Source: Octopus sinensis
Lineage: Eukaryota
Direction of reading: 5' to 3'
DNA: 64,000 bases
NCBI RefSeq assembly: GCF_006345805.1
Contig: NC_043003.1
Location: forward strand, 107,880,001 to 107,944,000
Shown: positions 15,371 to 28,008 of the stretch, piece by piece
How the letters are laid out: each line of letters begins with the position of its first letter
Numbering within the stretch: the stretch's first letter is position 1
Translations under genes and position numbers: made by a program
The notes under the pieces: generated by a model
Told to the model about the DNA's origin: nothing
Seen by the model: only the letters and a program-made list of their open reading frames with translations
Databases searched by the model: none

Positions 15371-16084
15371 CATTAGAATCTTGTTTCCTTTCTAATTATA
15401 TATATATATTTTGCCCTTTGTAGAGACGTATAAGACTTAATTGCATTATATTGTTAGTTAATAGCATCTGTAACTTGATAAAACACAGCAATGAAAACCA
15501 TTGGCGGAAAACCCACTGGCGGGAAAATGGTGCAGATGAACTTGCAACGCTGGTAGAAATGTTGCAAATACGATCGAAAAATTGCTAAATTTTTCGGTAT
15601 TAATCGTCAAACGGGGAATGCCATAGTCAAGAGCTGGATTAAAGATGAGAAGATAAAGATGAGAAGATAAAGAAGATAGTTGAGAGTAGAATTGTTAAAT
15701 AAGATTTCATATTCGATGGACATATCACCAAGTTCCATAAGAGAAATGGAAGATCTTAGATATAAACGAAGGTAAGACAGAAACTAATGATTTCGAACGC
15801 TAATATGAGCAAAAGGATTTAATAAAATCTGTATCTCATCAGGTGAAAGCAGGGATATTGACTAAAGAATGGACTATAAAATACTGTGACAAACTTTCAT
15901 TCATTTTCGATAAATTCTTTCATGAAGTTATTACAAGTTAAATTAACGTTACATTTATTATCGTTGGCCAAATGGAAGCAAAACAACAACAACAACAAAA
16001 ACAACAACAGCAGCAGCAACAACAACAACAACAAAAACAACGGCAACAACAAAAGCAAGAACAACAACAATAATAACCCTTACT

Positions 16085-16179
16085 ACTATAGGTACAAGGC
16101 CTGAAATTTTGGTGGAGGGGCCTAATCGATTACATCAACCCCAGTGCTCGACTGGCAGTTAATTTATCGACCCGAAAGG

Positions 16180-16180
<1 letters not shown>
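16085..16180 (-). mobile_element. SINE family D, 3' fragment
   Basis: ACAAGGCCTGAAATTT..TCGATTACATCAACCCCAGTGCTC. Confidence 0.7.
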
Positions 16181-16246
<66 letters not shown>

Positions 16247-16248
<2 letters not shown>

Positions 16249-16804
16249 GCCCTGATACAGTACCAGGCAGTGGCTCTCATGGCTTCTGATCTTAACTGAT
16301 TGGAAGTGTTATCATGTACATTGTTTTGTCTTGGTATAAAAGATGGGCTACAGCAAATATTCTGCTCAATACCACAGATTTGCTTGTCAGTTGTTTGACC
16401 TTAACCAGTTGAGCATGTCCCTTAGTGGCTGACGATATGTGCATCTCTGATCACGAGCAGAAGTAGTGGGGGAGCATCATAGCCATGTGTTGAGAGGGAT
16501 TCTTTGGGGTTTGAATAGTTCACCTCTGGAAACATGGGTAGTTCTTTCAACATCCTTAAACAACCCTTATTCAGGGACCGTTTGAGCGGGATGGGCTACT
16601 CAACCTGAAGAAAATTCTAACTGGGCCCCACCTGCAAGGTCATGTGCTGTTTATCTTGATATGAGATCACCATGTCGCGCACATATGGTTGTGATGCATG
16701 TGCCTGGTGTACCTTTATCAGACGGGTAGTCATGATGGGTATATTGGGCTTCGTATATTTTACCCCAGTGTCACTTTGATGGCATGAACTGCTCTCTCAC
16801 TCAA
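16247..16804. mobile_element. Unclassified non-coding 558-bp element embedded in (TAA)n
   Basis: Sharp boundaries with (TAA)n on both sides; no ORF; single copy in the window. Confidence 0.5.
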
Positions 16805-16845
16805 TGATAATAATAATAATAATAACAATAATAATAATAATAATA

Positions 16846-17195
16846 GTGACCAAGAACTAGAAATTGCAAGAATGTGGACTATGAGGAGAGTGTCTGTCAT
16901 TCCTGTAGTTGTAGGGGCACTCGGAGCACTAACAACCTTGTTCGAGAAATATGTCAGAGAAATCGTAATTGACATGAGAGCAGAGCAAACCTATAAATTT
17001 TTTCTGCTGGAGACAGCTAGAATTTTAAGATTGGTACTTGTAGATTGAATGTCTTCCACAATAATCAACAACCAATTATCAAAGCTTATAATGTGCAGAA
17101 AGAGACCCTGTGAGACCTCTGACAACAGGCTGCTGTCCGCTCTCACAAAATGAACCAGAGCAAACAGGACCGACCACCCCGAGAAGTAAAACAAC
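16846..17195 (+). mobile_element. 5'-truncated R4/Dong-like (REL endonuclease) non-LTR retrotransposon 3' end
   Basis: Open frame 16848-17048: DQELEIARMWTMRRVSVIPVVVGALG..LLETARILRLVLVD*, matching the C-terminus of REL-type elements; flanked by (TAA)/(CAA) repeats. Confidence 0.75.
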
Positions 17196-17329
17196 AACAA
17201 TAATAGCAATGATGATGATGATGTTTTCTTGATTAACCATTAAGGGTTCAGAAAAACATAGTGGACGGTACATGACGATAGAGTGTGGAATTACTAGAAA
17301 GCATATAAAAATGAATAACGGTAGCAATA

Positions 17330-17763
17330 AATTTCAAACAACAAATAATTCCTCCCAAAAGCTGGGGCTTCAGAGGCCTGCTCCTGGTGACCCATGGAGC
17401 AAGTACCTTCTGTCTGTTGTTCCCCCGACAATTTACAGACGCATGTTCCAGGTAGTCACTTTCACTCGGACCTTGCTCGCCACTCTCATCTACCTTTCAA
17501 CAAATTTGCTGGTAAGGAGCATTTTTCCCCTCCATCCTCAGCTCCCTTTTCGAGCAAAACTTGAAAAAGTTGATGTAGGCTTAGCTAAAGAGGAAAGTGT
17601 TTGCTTTCAGCCCTTTTAATCTCGTCCGCCACACATCATCTTACACCCAGGCCACCAGAGAGATAGACATTGCCTGTCCTTCTTAGTTAAAGGAAGGTAG
17701 AGAGACGAAATTCACAATGGACTTAACAGACAGCCGGATCTAGCCTACACGTGACAGCTGGTG
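17330..17763 (-). mobile_element. Possible 5' end of an APE-type (RTE-like) LINE
   Basis: Minus-strand SKVRVKVTTWNM resembles the endonuclease N-terminal (R/K)xxTWNV motif. Confidence 0.3.
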
Positions 17764-19911
17764 TAATAATGATAATAATAATAAATAATATATAATATAA
17801 AATATTAATAAAATAAAGAGCCTTATGCTGGTAGAATTAAACAGTGCAGAATGTTTTTCTCATTGAATTTGTGAGCAAGAGAAGGCACATGTACTCATTC
17901 GATTTTTGAATAAAATGTTTTACACTGTACTGTTCCCATGCACACATACACAAATACACACACACACACAGAAATGTATAAAGTACATCTATGTGAATGG
18001 ATAATCGCATGTTTTATTGTAACGGAGACCTATTAACTGTACAGAACAAAGAAACAAAACTTGTCAACTCTCGAAGGAATAATGACTGAAAAAACAACAA
18101 AGTGATATCGAAGAAATACATTAAAAAATGAATGGTACATAAAATAACATAATACACAAATTATTACTATAGAATGCATAAATAGAGAACTTACAGAATA
18201 AGATGTTTTAGTCCATTAAAATGAATACGAAATTTTTGAGAAATTCGAATACGTTTGTTGTTATGGCGGCGTCTGGCTTATAATGGTATGGAATATTGGC
18301 CTGCTGACCTTTGTAGTGTTGCCTGTTGGGTTTTTATCGGTAAAAATCTGACGTAAATCTATTACTGAGTAACAATCTCTCGTCGCAGTTGTTTAATCTG
18401 AATTTTCGATATGCTGACACGACTGATAGTGTTGTCTGCTTGCTCTACGTAGGTTATATTGCCATATAATATACTACGAAACGAAGAGAGAAAATGAGAT
18501 AAATAGACATTCATTAAGAAAGTGGGAAAAGTGAGAAACTGAATGAAATATATGACTTATTATGTGAATGAATAGGAAAAGTATGAATTCCCCAATGACT
18601 GAGTCACCGACAAACCCTCACCGACAAACCCTCATACACACATATACTCAAATACAGAGCTAAAGGAAGAGAATGAAGAAATGAATAGGAAATTAATAAG
18701 AAATTAAACGGGACATGACTACGGTAAGAAAAAAAAGCAATAACATTGAAAATGTGGGCTAAAGAGGAAAGGAGAAGAAAACAAAAAAAAAAAAAGGAAT
18801 TGATGAGAAGAAAAGTAATAGTTTTACATAATTAGGGAGCTGGGAAAAAGGAGTACGTTGTAGTACAGATATACTCTGGACTTGTGTGCATGTGTGTCAG
18901 TGAATGTGAATAAAAGTGTATGTATATGTGTGTGTGTGAGAGAGAGAAAGAGAGCGAGAGAGAGAGAAAGAGAGAGAAGAGAGAAGGGAGAGATAGAGAA
19001 GAGGGAGAGAGAGAAGGACGATAAAGAAAGAAACGAAGAAAAGAGGGTAGAATGAATGAAAAAAATACGTTTGTGACAGAATTTTAGATAAATGATGCGC
19101 AGAATAAAAAAGAAAGAGAAAAAAAATCTCCAATTAACCTCAAAAATTGCGTTGTTCATGATATTGAAGGCTGGAAAGCGAAGCCTTTTACAGTTGTCTG
19201 GCATATAACATCATAAAGCACAACAGGAAATCCGGTGATTAGTTAATGTACGTAAATCCCACTTTCGTGCAACAAATCGACTGGTAATTTTAACAATTGG
19301 ACAAAACAAATGTAACAATCAGCTCCGTTCTGGGAACAAGCTCGAACAATATTCTAATTTTCATCGTACATAAATAGTTTCTGCTGATGATGGCTGGCAT
19401 TTTTTGACAGGAGCGCTAATACGCTGGCGCAATTTCATTAGCATATACCAGTCCCCCACCTATCACCTCAAACAGTAGTATAGTACCCAGTCAAAAGAAA
19501 TCAATGCTTTTAGTAGAAGCTTACAACAAACAAACGAAACAACCAACCAGCCAGCCAACCAACCAACCAACTAACCAACCAACCAGCCTACCAACCAACA
19601 AGTCAACCAGCCTACCAACCAACCAACCAACCAACCAACCAACCAACCAACCTACCAACAGAAATACACGCGCGCACGCACACAGATACAAACACACATA
19701 TTTATAAGTACACACAAACAGGTGCGTGTACGCAGGCATACATTCATCCATATACATATATGCCTGAATGTATGTATATTATGGTTTTCTGGTTAGGAGG
19801 TTGCCTTCACAACCATGAGATTCTAGGTTCAGTACCACTCCGCGGTACTTGAACAAGTGCTTCTGGTCTAGCCCCGAGACGACCAATACTTTGTGAGTAA
19901 TTTAGTAACTG

Positions 19912-20096
19912 CGCAGACGTAGCTGTGTGGTAAGAAGCTTTGTTCCCAACCACATGGTTCTGGGTTCCTTCCCACTGTAAGGTACCTTGGGCAAGAGTTT
20001 TCTAATGTAGCCCCGGGTTGATCAAAACTTTGTGAGTGGATTTGGTAAACGAAACTGAAAGAACACCGTCGTATATATATATATAGATATATATAT

Positions 20097-20149
<53 letters not shown>

Positions 20150-20400
20150 AATATTTCTTTACTGCCCACAAGGGGCTAAACATAGAGGGGACAAACAAGG
20201 ACAGACAAATGGATCAAGTCGATTACATCGACCCCAGTGCGAAACTGGTACTTTATTTATCGATTCGGAAAGGATGAAGGCAAAGTCGACCTCGGCGGAT
20301 TTGAACTCAGAACGTAACGACAGACGAAATACCGCTAAGCATTTCGCCCGGCGCGCTAACGTTTCTACCAACTTGCCTTATATTATATAATATATATATC

Positions 20401-20457
<57 letters not shown>

Positions 20458-20692
20458 TGGTGTGTGTGTGTGTCTTTGTGTCTGTGTTTGTCCCTCCATC
20501 ACCGCCTGACAACCGCTGTTGGTGTGTTTACGACTCCGTAACAGCGGTTCGGCAAAAGATATCAATAGAATAAGTGCTAGGCTTAAAAAATAATAAATCC
20601 TGGAGTCGATTTGTTCGACAAAAGACACTTCAAAGTGGTGTTTCAGCGTGGCAACAGTCAAATGACTGAAACGTGTAAAAGAGTAAAAGAGA
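19912..20692 (+). mobile_element. SINE family A split by (TA)n and a nested family D SINE
   Basis: Head at 19912-20075, body and tail at 20480-20692; an extra A head fragment lies at about 19785-19910. Confidence 0.8.
20155..20380 (-). mobile_element. SINE family D
   Basis: Minus strand: GTTAGCGCGCCGGGCGAAATGC..GAGTTCAAATCCGCCGAGGTCGACTTTGCC. Confidence 0.85.
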
Positions 20693-22282
20693 ATATTTGT
20701 ACAAATGCCATCGTATATCAGGAATATGACAATGAGGAATATGGAAAATGTCTTAGTATTATTTATTCAACATTACACATGTTTCATTTGCTAATAAGAA
20801 TCACAAAATTGTATATGTTGGATAAATATAATATTCATATGCGAATTGGAAAAAGTGGCCGATAGTATATATAGAAGACTTAGAAAAGAAATCGGTCGAT
20901 CTGATCGACTAAAACTGGAACAAGTAAAAGAAGGAAAGACTGCAGCTCATTATTTTTTCCGGCACGTTGTTATTTAATTAATTTCGCCTGTTTATTGTCA
21001 GGCGATCCCTGTAGATTTCACGGGAGCGTCAATAGCGAGCGACAGCAGTTATAATAAAATAGTTATTCATATCATCGTCTTTTATATCTTCGCTGAGAAG
21101 CAACATTGAGTTGGCAGAGCCACTGATTCCAAGACAGATGGAACAAAATTCCCTTTCATTCAGTCATTCTTCCATTCATTTATTCATTAATGTTCTTTCT
21201 CACTTTTTTCTCTCTATCTCTTTTCTGTTCTTCTTTTCTTTTCTTTCCGCTTAATGTAATCTTTTAACATTAATTTATGCAGTTAAGTTGAAATGGCGCG
21301 AAGCTTTCCGGTTGCTGAAATCGCCTCAGGGCTTTGATGGTTGGCAAGAATATGAATGCATTACAAAACCTTTTCTGTTAGTCGGCTGGCTTTGTATTCT
21401 GCTGTGGCGTGCCAAAAGATAAAATTATACATATAAAAAGGCAGGTAACAGTTTTCTTCTCTTTCTTATTCTTCTTTTTATAATTATCCATCACTTTCAC
21501 CTCTCAGCATTTAACCTTTATTTCTTTTCGTTCATGCTTCTTTTCTACCATTGATCAGTTACACACCCTGCAATGGCCTCTCCACATTAATATCACGGGC
21601 GGGCCATTGCAGCTGTTTCTTTTGAACTTTCATTATAATTTCTCACAAAGCCCCGCTTTTATAAGAGCTTTCACTCTTCATATGTACAAGTGTTCAAAAA
21701 ACTGTTTATTTCTCAACTTTCTTCATTCTTTACAATGTTGAATTTTTCGTGTAACTATATCCCCTTCTCCCACTACTTCTCGGTCTACCGGTAATCCCTA
21801 TCTACCCTACTTTTGCTTTCTCTATCTCTTAATTTTCTCATTTACTAAATTCCCTAATTTTGTCCCTCCTATGCATTTCGTCTCCCATTTTTCTCCTCAT
21901 TTCACTTCTTCAGTATATCTTCTTTCTTTCTTTCTTTCTTTCTTTCTTTATTTCTTTTCTGTTTTACCTTCTCTTCTCTCACCAATTAATTTTCGATTTC
22001 CCCCCTTACTAACTTTTTAGATTCTTTCTCCTTTTCATTTTTCTTCTTCTTACATTTTCCTTCCTTCCTTCCTTCCTTCCTTCCTTCCATTCCTCCCTTC
22101 TTTCTTAACTTCTTTCTAGTCAATATCCTTATTTATACTTTCTCATTTTCTTTTTTGTTTTATTCATGAATTAAATATTTCTTTCCTTTGCAATCACGTT
22201 TTCTTCTCCAATTTTTTCCTTACTATTCACATATTGTGTATGTACATATGTGTGTGTGTACGCATGCATATATATACTATAT

Positions 22283-22413
<131 letters not shown>

Positions 22414-22414
22414 A

Positions 22415-22675
22415 GTGGAGGCGCGTCGCTTAGTGGTTAGGGTGTCATCATAATGATCGTAAGACTGTGGTTTCGATTCCTGGACCGGGAAACGCGTTGT
22501 GTTCTTGAGCAAAACACTCCATTTCACGTTGCTCCAGTCCACTCAGCTGGCAAAAATGAGTAACGTTGTGATGGACTGGCGTCCCGTCCAGCTGGGGAAC
22601 ACATACGCCACAGCAACCGGTAAATCGGGCCCATGAGCCTGGCTAGGCTTTAAAAGGGCGCATTTACTTATTTAT
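22415..22675 (+). mobile_element. SINE family C, full length
   Basis: A and B boxes; near-identical to 6087. Confidence 0.9.
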
Positions 22676-23286
22676 TATATATATATGGAATTACATATGT
22701 GTATATATATGTATATATATATATATATATGTAAATACATATATATATATATGTATGTATATGTATGTATATATATGTATGTATGAATATATATATATTC
22801 CTGTCGATTCAACTAACTGTAACCCTCCATCTCAAACCCGTCGCCTTCTCTTAAAATACTTCATCCGATCGTCCGTTCGTCTGCTTGTCCCTTTATCATT
22901 TGTCAAAAAACCTCTCTCTACTTTACTTGCATTCATTGCCCAATTTTTGTATCAAAATAAAAACAAATTTTTAAAATTCCTTCTTGCTTCTGTCAAATTA
23001 TAGCTCATGTTGTCTTCACTAAGAGTTCATATACGTTTTTCTCTATTTTTATTTTCTATTTTTAAAAATATCCTTTGTTGTTGCCGTTGTCATTGTTGTT
23101 GTTGCTACTACTGTTGTCTTTAGTTTTTTTTTCTTAAAAATCATTTTCCTTTCTTTTATTTTCTTTCTTTTTCCCTCTTTCTAAGTTTCATTCTTAACCA
23201 CACATGGTCACAAATACACGGCATATATATATATTTATATATGATTATATATATATATATAGTATATATATATATATATATTATAT

Positions 23287-23320
<34 letters not shown>

Positions 23321-23325
23321 GATAT

Positions 23326-23377
<52 letters not shown>

Positions 23378-24290
23378 ATATATATAATATATATACTATA
23401 TATAAACTTCATTTTTATTATCGTCCATACAAATCAGCTCCTTCACATTTCGACTCCTTCACATTTCGACTCCTTCACGCTGTTCATTCTCATTTCCTCA
23501 TAATATCCGTTCTCTTCACTTGGTCGCTCACTTACATCATTTGCTACTAACCTTCTAACACTCTTGATTTCTAACCAATAGTTACCAAAATTTCACCACT
23601 TATAACGAACAATTCAGTTGCTTAGTTGTCATTCTGTAGAATCCATTCTACTTCTTGGCTAACAACGCAGCATTGAATTTTGTACAACTTATTGTTTGGT
23701 TCATAAACCTGGAGATTTCTCTTCTAATCAAGATTAAATGTCGAGTCGCATCTGTTAATCTTAATTTTGAGAACGATATACTCACTAGTTTGTCTTCGAT
23801 CCATATAATCGATAACAAAAACACTCGGTTCTAACGTACATATATACATGAATAGCGTTTTGAACGACAGAAGTAAATTCAAACATACATACATACATAC
23901 ATACATACATACATTCATTCATTCATACATACATACATACATACATACATACATACATGCATACATACATATATACATGCATACATACATATATACATAC
24001 ATACATACTACATACATACATTCATATATACATACATACATACATACATTCATACATACATACATACATAAATAGAAACATACTTGCATGAATGCATTCA
24101 TATATACATACCTTGATGCATACATATATACATACAAACATACATGCATATACATATGTATATATATATGTATATACATGTGTGAATATATGTATATGTT
24201 CTAAGGTGTCCTGTTATATTGCCTTTTAGCAGTTGAAATGTCGCAAACATATTTTAACTAACCTAAATTTTGTTTAAGCCTAACAATTCG

Positions 24291-24377
<87 letters not shown>

Positions 24378-24480
24378 TGTGTGTGTGCGTGTATGTGTAT
24401 GCGTGTGTGTGCGTATGTGTGCGTGCGTGTGTGTATGCGTATAAGAATATATAAAAGTATATAAAAGTGAGTATATATAC

Positions 24481-24705
24481 TTTTATCCTTTTATTTTTTA
24501 CTTGCTTCAGTCATTGGATAGCGACCATGTTGGGAAACCGCCTTCAAGAGTTGAGACGAACAAATCGACTTCAGCATATTGTTATTGGTTTTTTTAAAGT
24601 ATAGTATTTATTCTTTCTGTTTATTTTTGCTACACCGCTAAGTTACAGAGATGTATACAAGCCAACACCGATTGTTAAGCAGTGAGAGGGCCAAACACAA
24701 ATACA
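24481..24705 (-). mobile_element. SINE family A, 3' half
   Basis: Reverse complement of the family A tail. Confidence 0.7.
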
Positions 24706-25239
24706 TACACACATGCGTACCCCTGTATACATACACTCCTGTATGTATGTAGATACATACATATATTCATATAATCATTCATACATACACAAAAACACGC
24801 ACACACGCACACACACACATATAGTCTAAATCGAAGATATTTGAAACCAGAACAGCAAAAGAATTATCAAACTACATTAAGATAATCGATTACGTCTAAC
24901 TGATAGTGCCCTTCATTCTTCCCTAACCTTTGCCGACCATTTACCATCCATACGCAGCGTAGACATGACACAACAAATCTGCAACAGTTCTATGTACAAA
25001 GATGTCGAAAGCAACCATTCAAGGGCCGTGCCAATATTGTCTTGTCAAACAGCATGGAAAATACAAACGCCGCTCATATCAAGAGGGCACAGTCGCAGAT
25101 ACTCCCCTAAACACGAGCAGCAATCACCTAGATTCTCCATGATCGCCCCAGCTACAGGGTCACATGATTACCAAAGATCTCACCCGATCAATGCACATCT
25201 TTAACATAGCATGAATCTCATCCTATCTAATTAATCCTT

Positions 25240-25440
25240 TCTACTAAAGGCACAAGGCCTGAAATATTGGATGAGGGGCTAGTCGATTATATCAACTCCA
25301 GTACGTAGCTGGTATTTACTTCGTCGACCACGAGAAGATGAAAGGCAAAGTCGATCTCGGGGAATTTTGAACTCGGATCATAAAGACGGACGAGGCATTT
25401 TGCTCGGTGTGCTAACGATTCTGCCAGCTCGCCGCCTTGA
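25240..25440 (-). mobile_element. SINE family D
   Basis: Minus strand GGCGGCGAGCTGGCAGAATCGTTAGCAC head. Confidence 0.85.
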
Positions 25441-25693
25441 TCTTGTCTAAAAAATGTTAGAAGATAACCATTCTTATTCAACTCCAATATTTATGGCCAT
25501 TCTACAAGGCTCTCATGATTCCCACATCTAGGTTGGTGTTACTGCTGATGCTGTTACTGCACACACACACTCATTCCCGACCAAATCAGGAGAAAGATCA
25601 ACCCACGGTCATAAGGTTACACTAATACACTTCTCCGACATCTGGTCTACAGTCATGCTCATTCCACTTTCTGCCTCTCCACCGCAACTACTA

Positions 25694-25759
<66 letters not shown>

Positions 25760-25877
25760 AACAACAACAACAACACAACAACAATAACAAAAGCTGTGTC
25801 GGAAACAGCACAAAACGGAAATAATAAAGGAAAACTATACTCTCTGTTTGAAATACCACTTTTCATCAACCGCCCTG

Positions 25878-25885
25878 TCTATCTG

Positions 25886-25960
<75 letters not shown>
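25878..25960. repeat. (CTAT)n array at the 5' flank of Tx1-like copy 1
   Basis: Direct reading. Confidence 0.95.
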
Positions 25961-25961
<1 letters not shown>

Positions 25962-27312
25962 GGCGATCCATTTGCTGTCAACACCCGTTAAAAGGAGGGC
26001 TGGGCATGCCGTGGTTGATGATGCGCAGACACGCGCTGAGACTGCGACATCTCAGGCTCTTCGTAGACGACGGTGAACAGGTGTGGTCGCCGTTTGTGAG
26101 GCACGCTTTCCCGCAGCTCGTCTCCATGACCGAACTGCAGTCGTGGATCAAAAAAGGGCGAATGGCACCGCGAGTGTCGCGTTGCTCTCAAGCAACTCTG
26201 CCGTCCCGGGTCGACCGTAAGTGACTCCATCACAACCCAAGCATTCTATAGGGGATTAGTGGAGGGGAGGTACGACGACGAGCTCGGGGCGAACCTGAAC
26301 GTCGACGAGGAATACCTGACCCGCCTGTTCGGGACGACTTTCGGGCCAGGGCCCATGGACAACTTCCAGAGATCCCTGGCCTGGCAGTGCTACCGAGAAG
26401 CGCTACCCGTTCGAGATAAGCTCTACAGACACGGCTCGAGAAGCACGGGGCCGACCTGCCCGAGATGCGGTCAGAGCGACGAAACCGTTCTGCACGCACT
26501 CGTGCAGTGTCCAACAATTTCCGACCTGTGGGCTTATGTCGAACAACTGCTGTCACGTGTGGGACGAGTCGGTTTATCAGCTGAGTCTATCGTCAATATT
26601 GTCACGCCTCCTTCCTTCAAACGGGAAGGAAGAGCTATTTTCATAATCCTTGTGGCTATGGCGAAAGAATGTATCTGGTGGACGCGTCTGAAAGGATTGG
26701 AGACAACACTTTCCTCTCTGGTCAATCTCTCATCAACTTCTTCAAGTACCACTTGAAAAGGAAAGTGAGAGTAGAGAGGCAAGTTTTGTCTAGCGAATGT
26801 TTTAAAAAAAGATGGGTGAATGTAGCAAGGATGGCACGTATGAATGACGAAGCCACCTTGAGCATAATCCTATGAACCCAGACATTGAAAACAGAGGGTT
26901 ACCCACTTGCAAACAAATGTGGTAACATATAACAATATTGACCGAGGTTACCGTGGTCTTTTTCGTCGGCTTTTCTTCCCACGGATAAACCTTATCTGCT
27001 TCCCCCTTTACACCGTACATCATGACACTGTGATACACGATCCCTATTGATCATTTTTTTCCTCTTCCCCTTTTTTCCTCTTTTTTCTTCCTTTTTCCTT
27101 TTTCTTTTCTTTTGTTTCTTTTCCTTTTTTCTTTCTTTCTTTTTCTGTTTTTCTTTTTTTTTCTTTTTTCCCTTTTACGATCCCTTCTGATCGAAAACCT
27201 ACGCCACTTTTTTTTGTTTCTTTTGTCTTTTGTTTTTTCATCCCCCAAAAGAAAAACTCTTCCTTGTAATTTTTCCCATCTGTGTGCAGCCCTGTGTGGC
27301 CAATAAAGAAAC
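25961..27312 (+). mobile_element. L1/Tx1-type non-LTR retrotransposon, copy 1 (5'-truncated)
   Basis: ORF2 C-terminus with CPRCGQSDETVLHALVQCP zinc knuckle, stop at 26875; T-rich 3'UTR ending AATAAAGAAAC; about 98% identical to copy 2 in the ORF by manual comparison. Confidence 0.9.
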
Positions 27313-27346
27313 TTATCTATGTATGTATGTATGTATGTAATGTATG

Positions 27347-27381
<35 letters not shown>

Positions 27382-27594
27382 TTATCTATCTATCTATCTT
27401 TCACCCTGTTTACCTACCTATCTACCTATCTCTCTCCCTCTATTTCTTTATCTATTTATTTATCTATCTATCTCTCTGTTTGTCCGTCCGTCCGTCCGTC
27501 CATCCGTCCGTCCGTCCATCCGTCCGTCCGTCCATCCGTCCATCCGTTCGTCCGTCCATCCGTCCATCCGTTCGTCCGTCCGTCTGTCAGTCTT

Positions 27595-27643
<49 letters not shown>

Positions 27644-27972
27644 TTATCTATCTATCTATCTTTCACCCTGTTTACTACCTACCTATCTACCTATCTATCT
27701 CCCTCTATTTCTTTATCTATTTATCTATCTATCTATCTCTGTTTGTCCGTCCGTCCGCCGTCCTCCGTCCGTACCGTCCATCCTCCGTCCGTCCATCCGT
27801 CCATCCGTTCGTCCGTCCATCCTTCCATCCTTCGTCCGTTGCCGTCTGTCAGTCTTTTAGCTATCTAATCTTCTATCTATCTATCTATCTATCTATCTTC
27901 TATATACTTCTATCTATCTATCTATATACTAGCTATCTATCTATATATCTACCTACTTACCTACATACCTAC

Positions 27973-28008
<36 letters not shown>
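27313..28008. repeat. Composite (GTAT)/(CTAT)/(CCGT)/(CCAT) microsatellite with a 262-bp internal duplication
   Basis: TTTCACCCTGTTTAC block at 27399 and 27661. Confidence 0.9.

Noticed and set aside
15480-15790. Possible transposase HTH remnant (KIAKFFGINRQTGNAIVKSW)
   Set aside because: Too short and degraded, with no TIR or catalytic motif.
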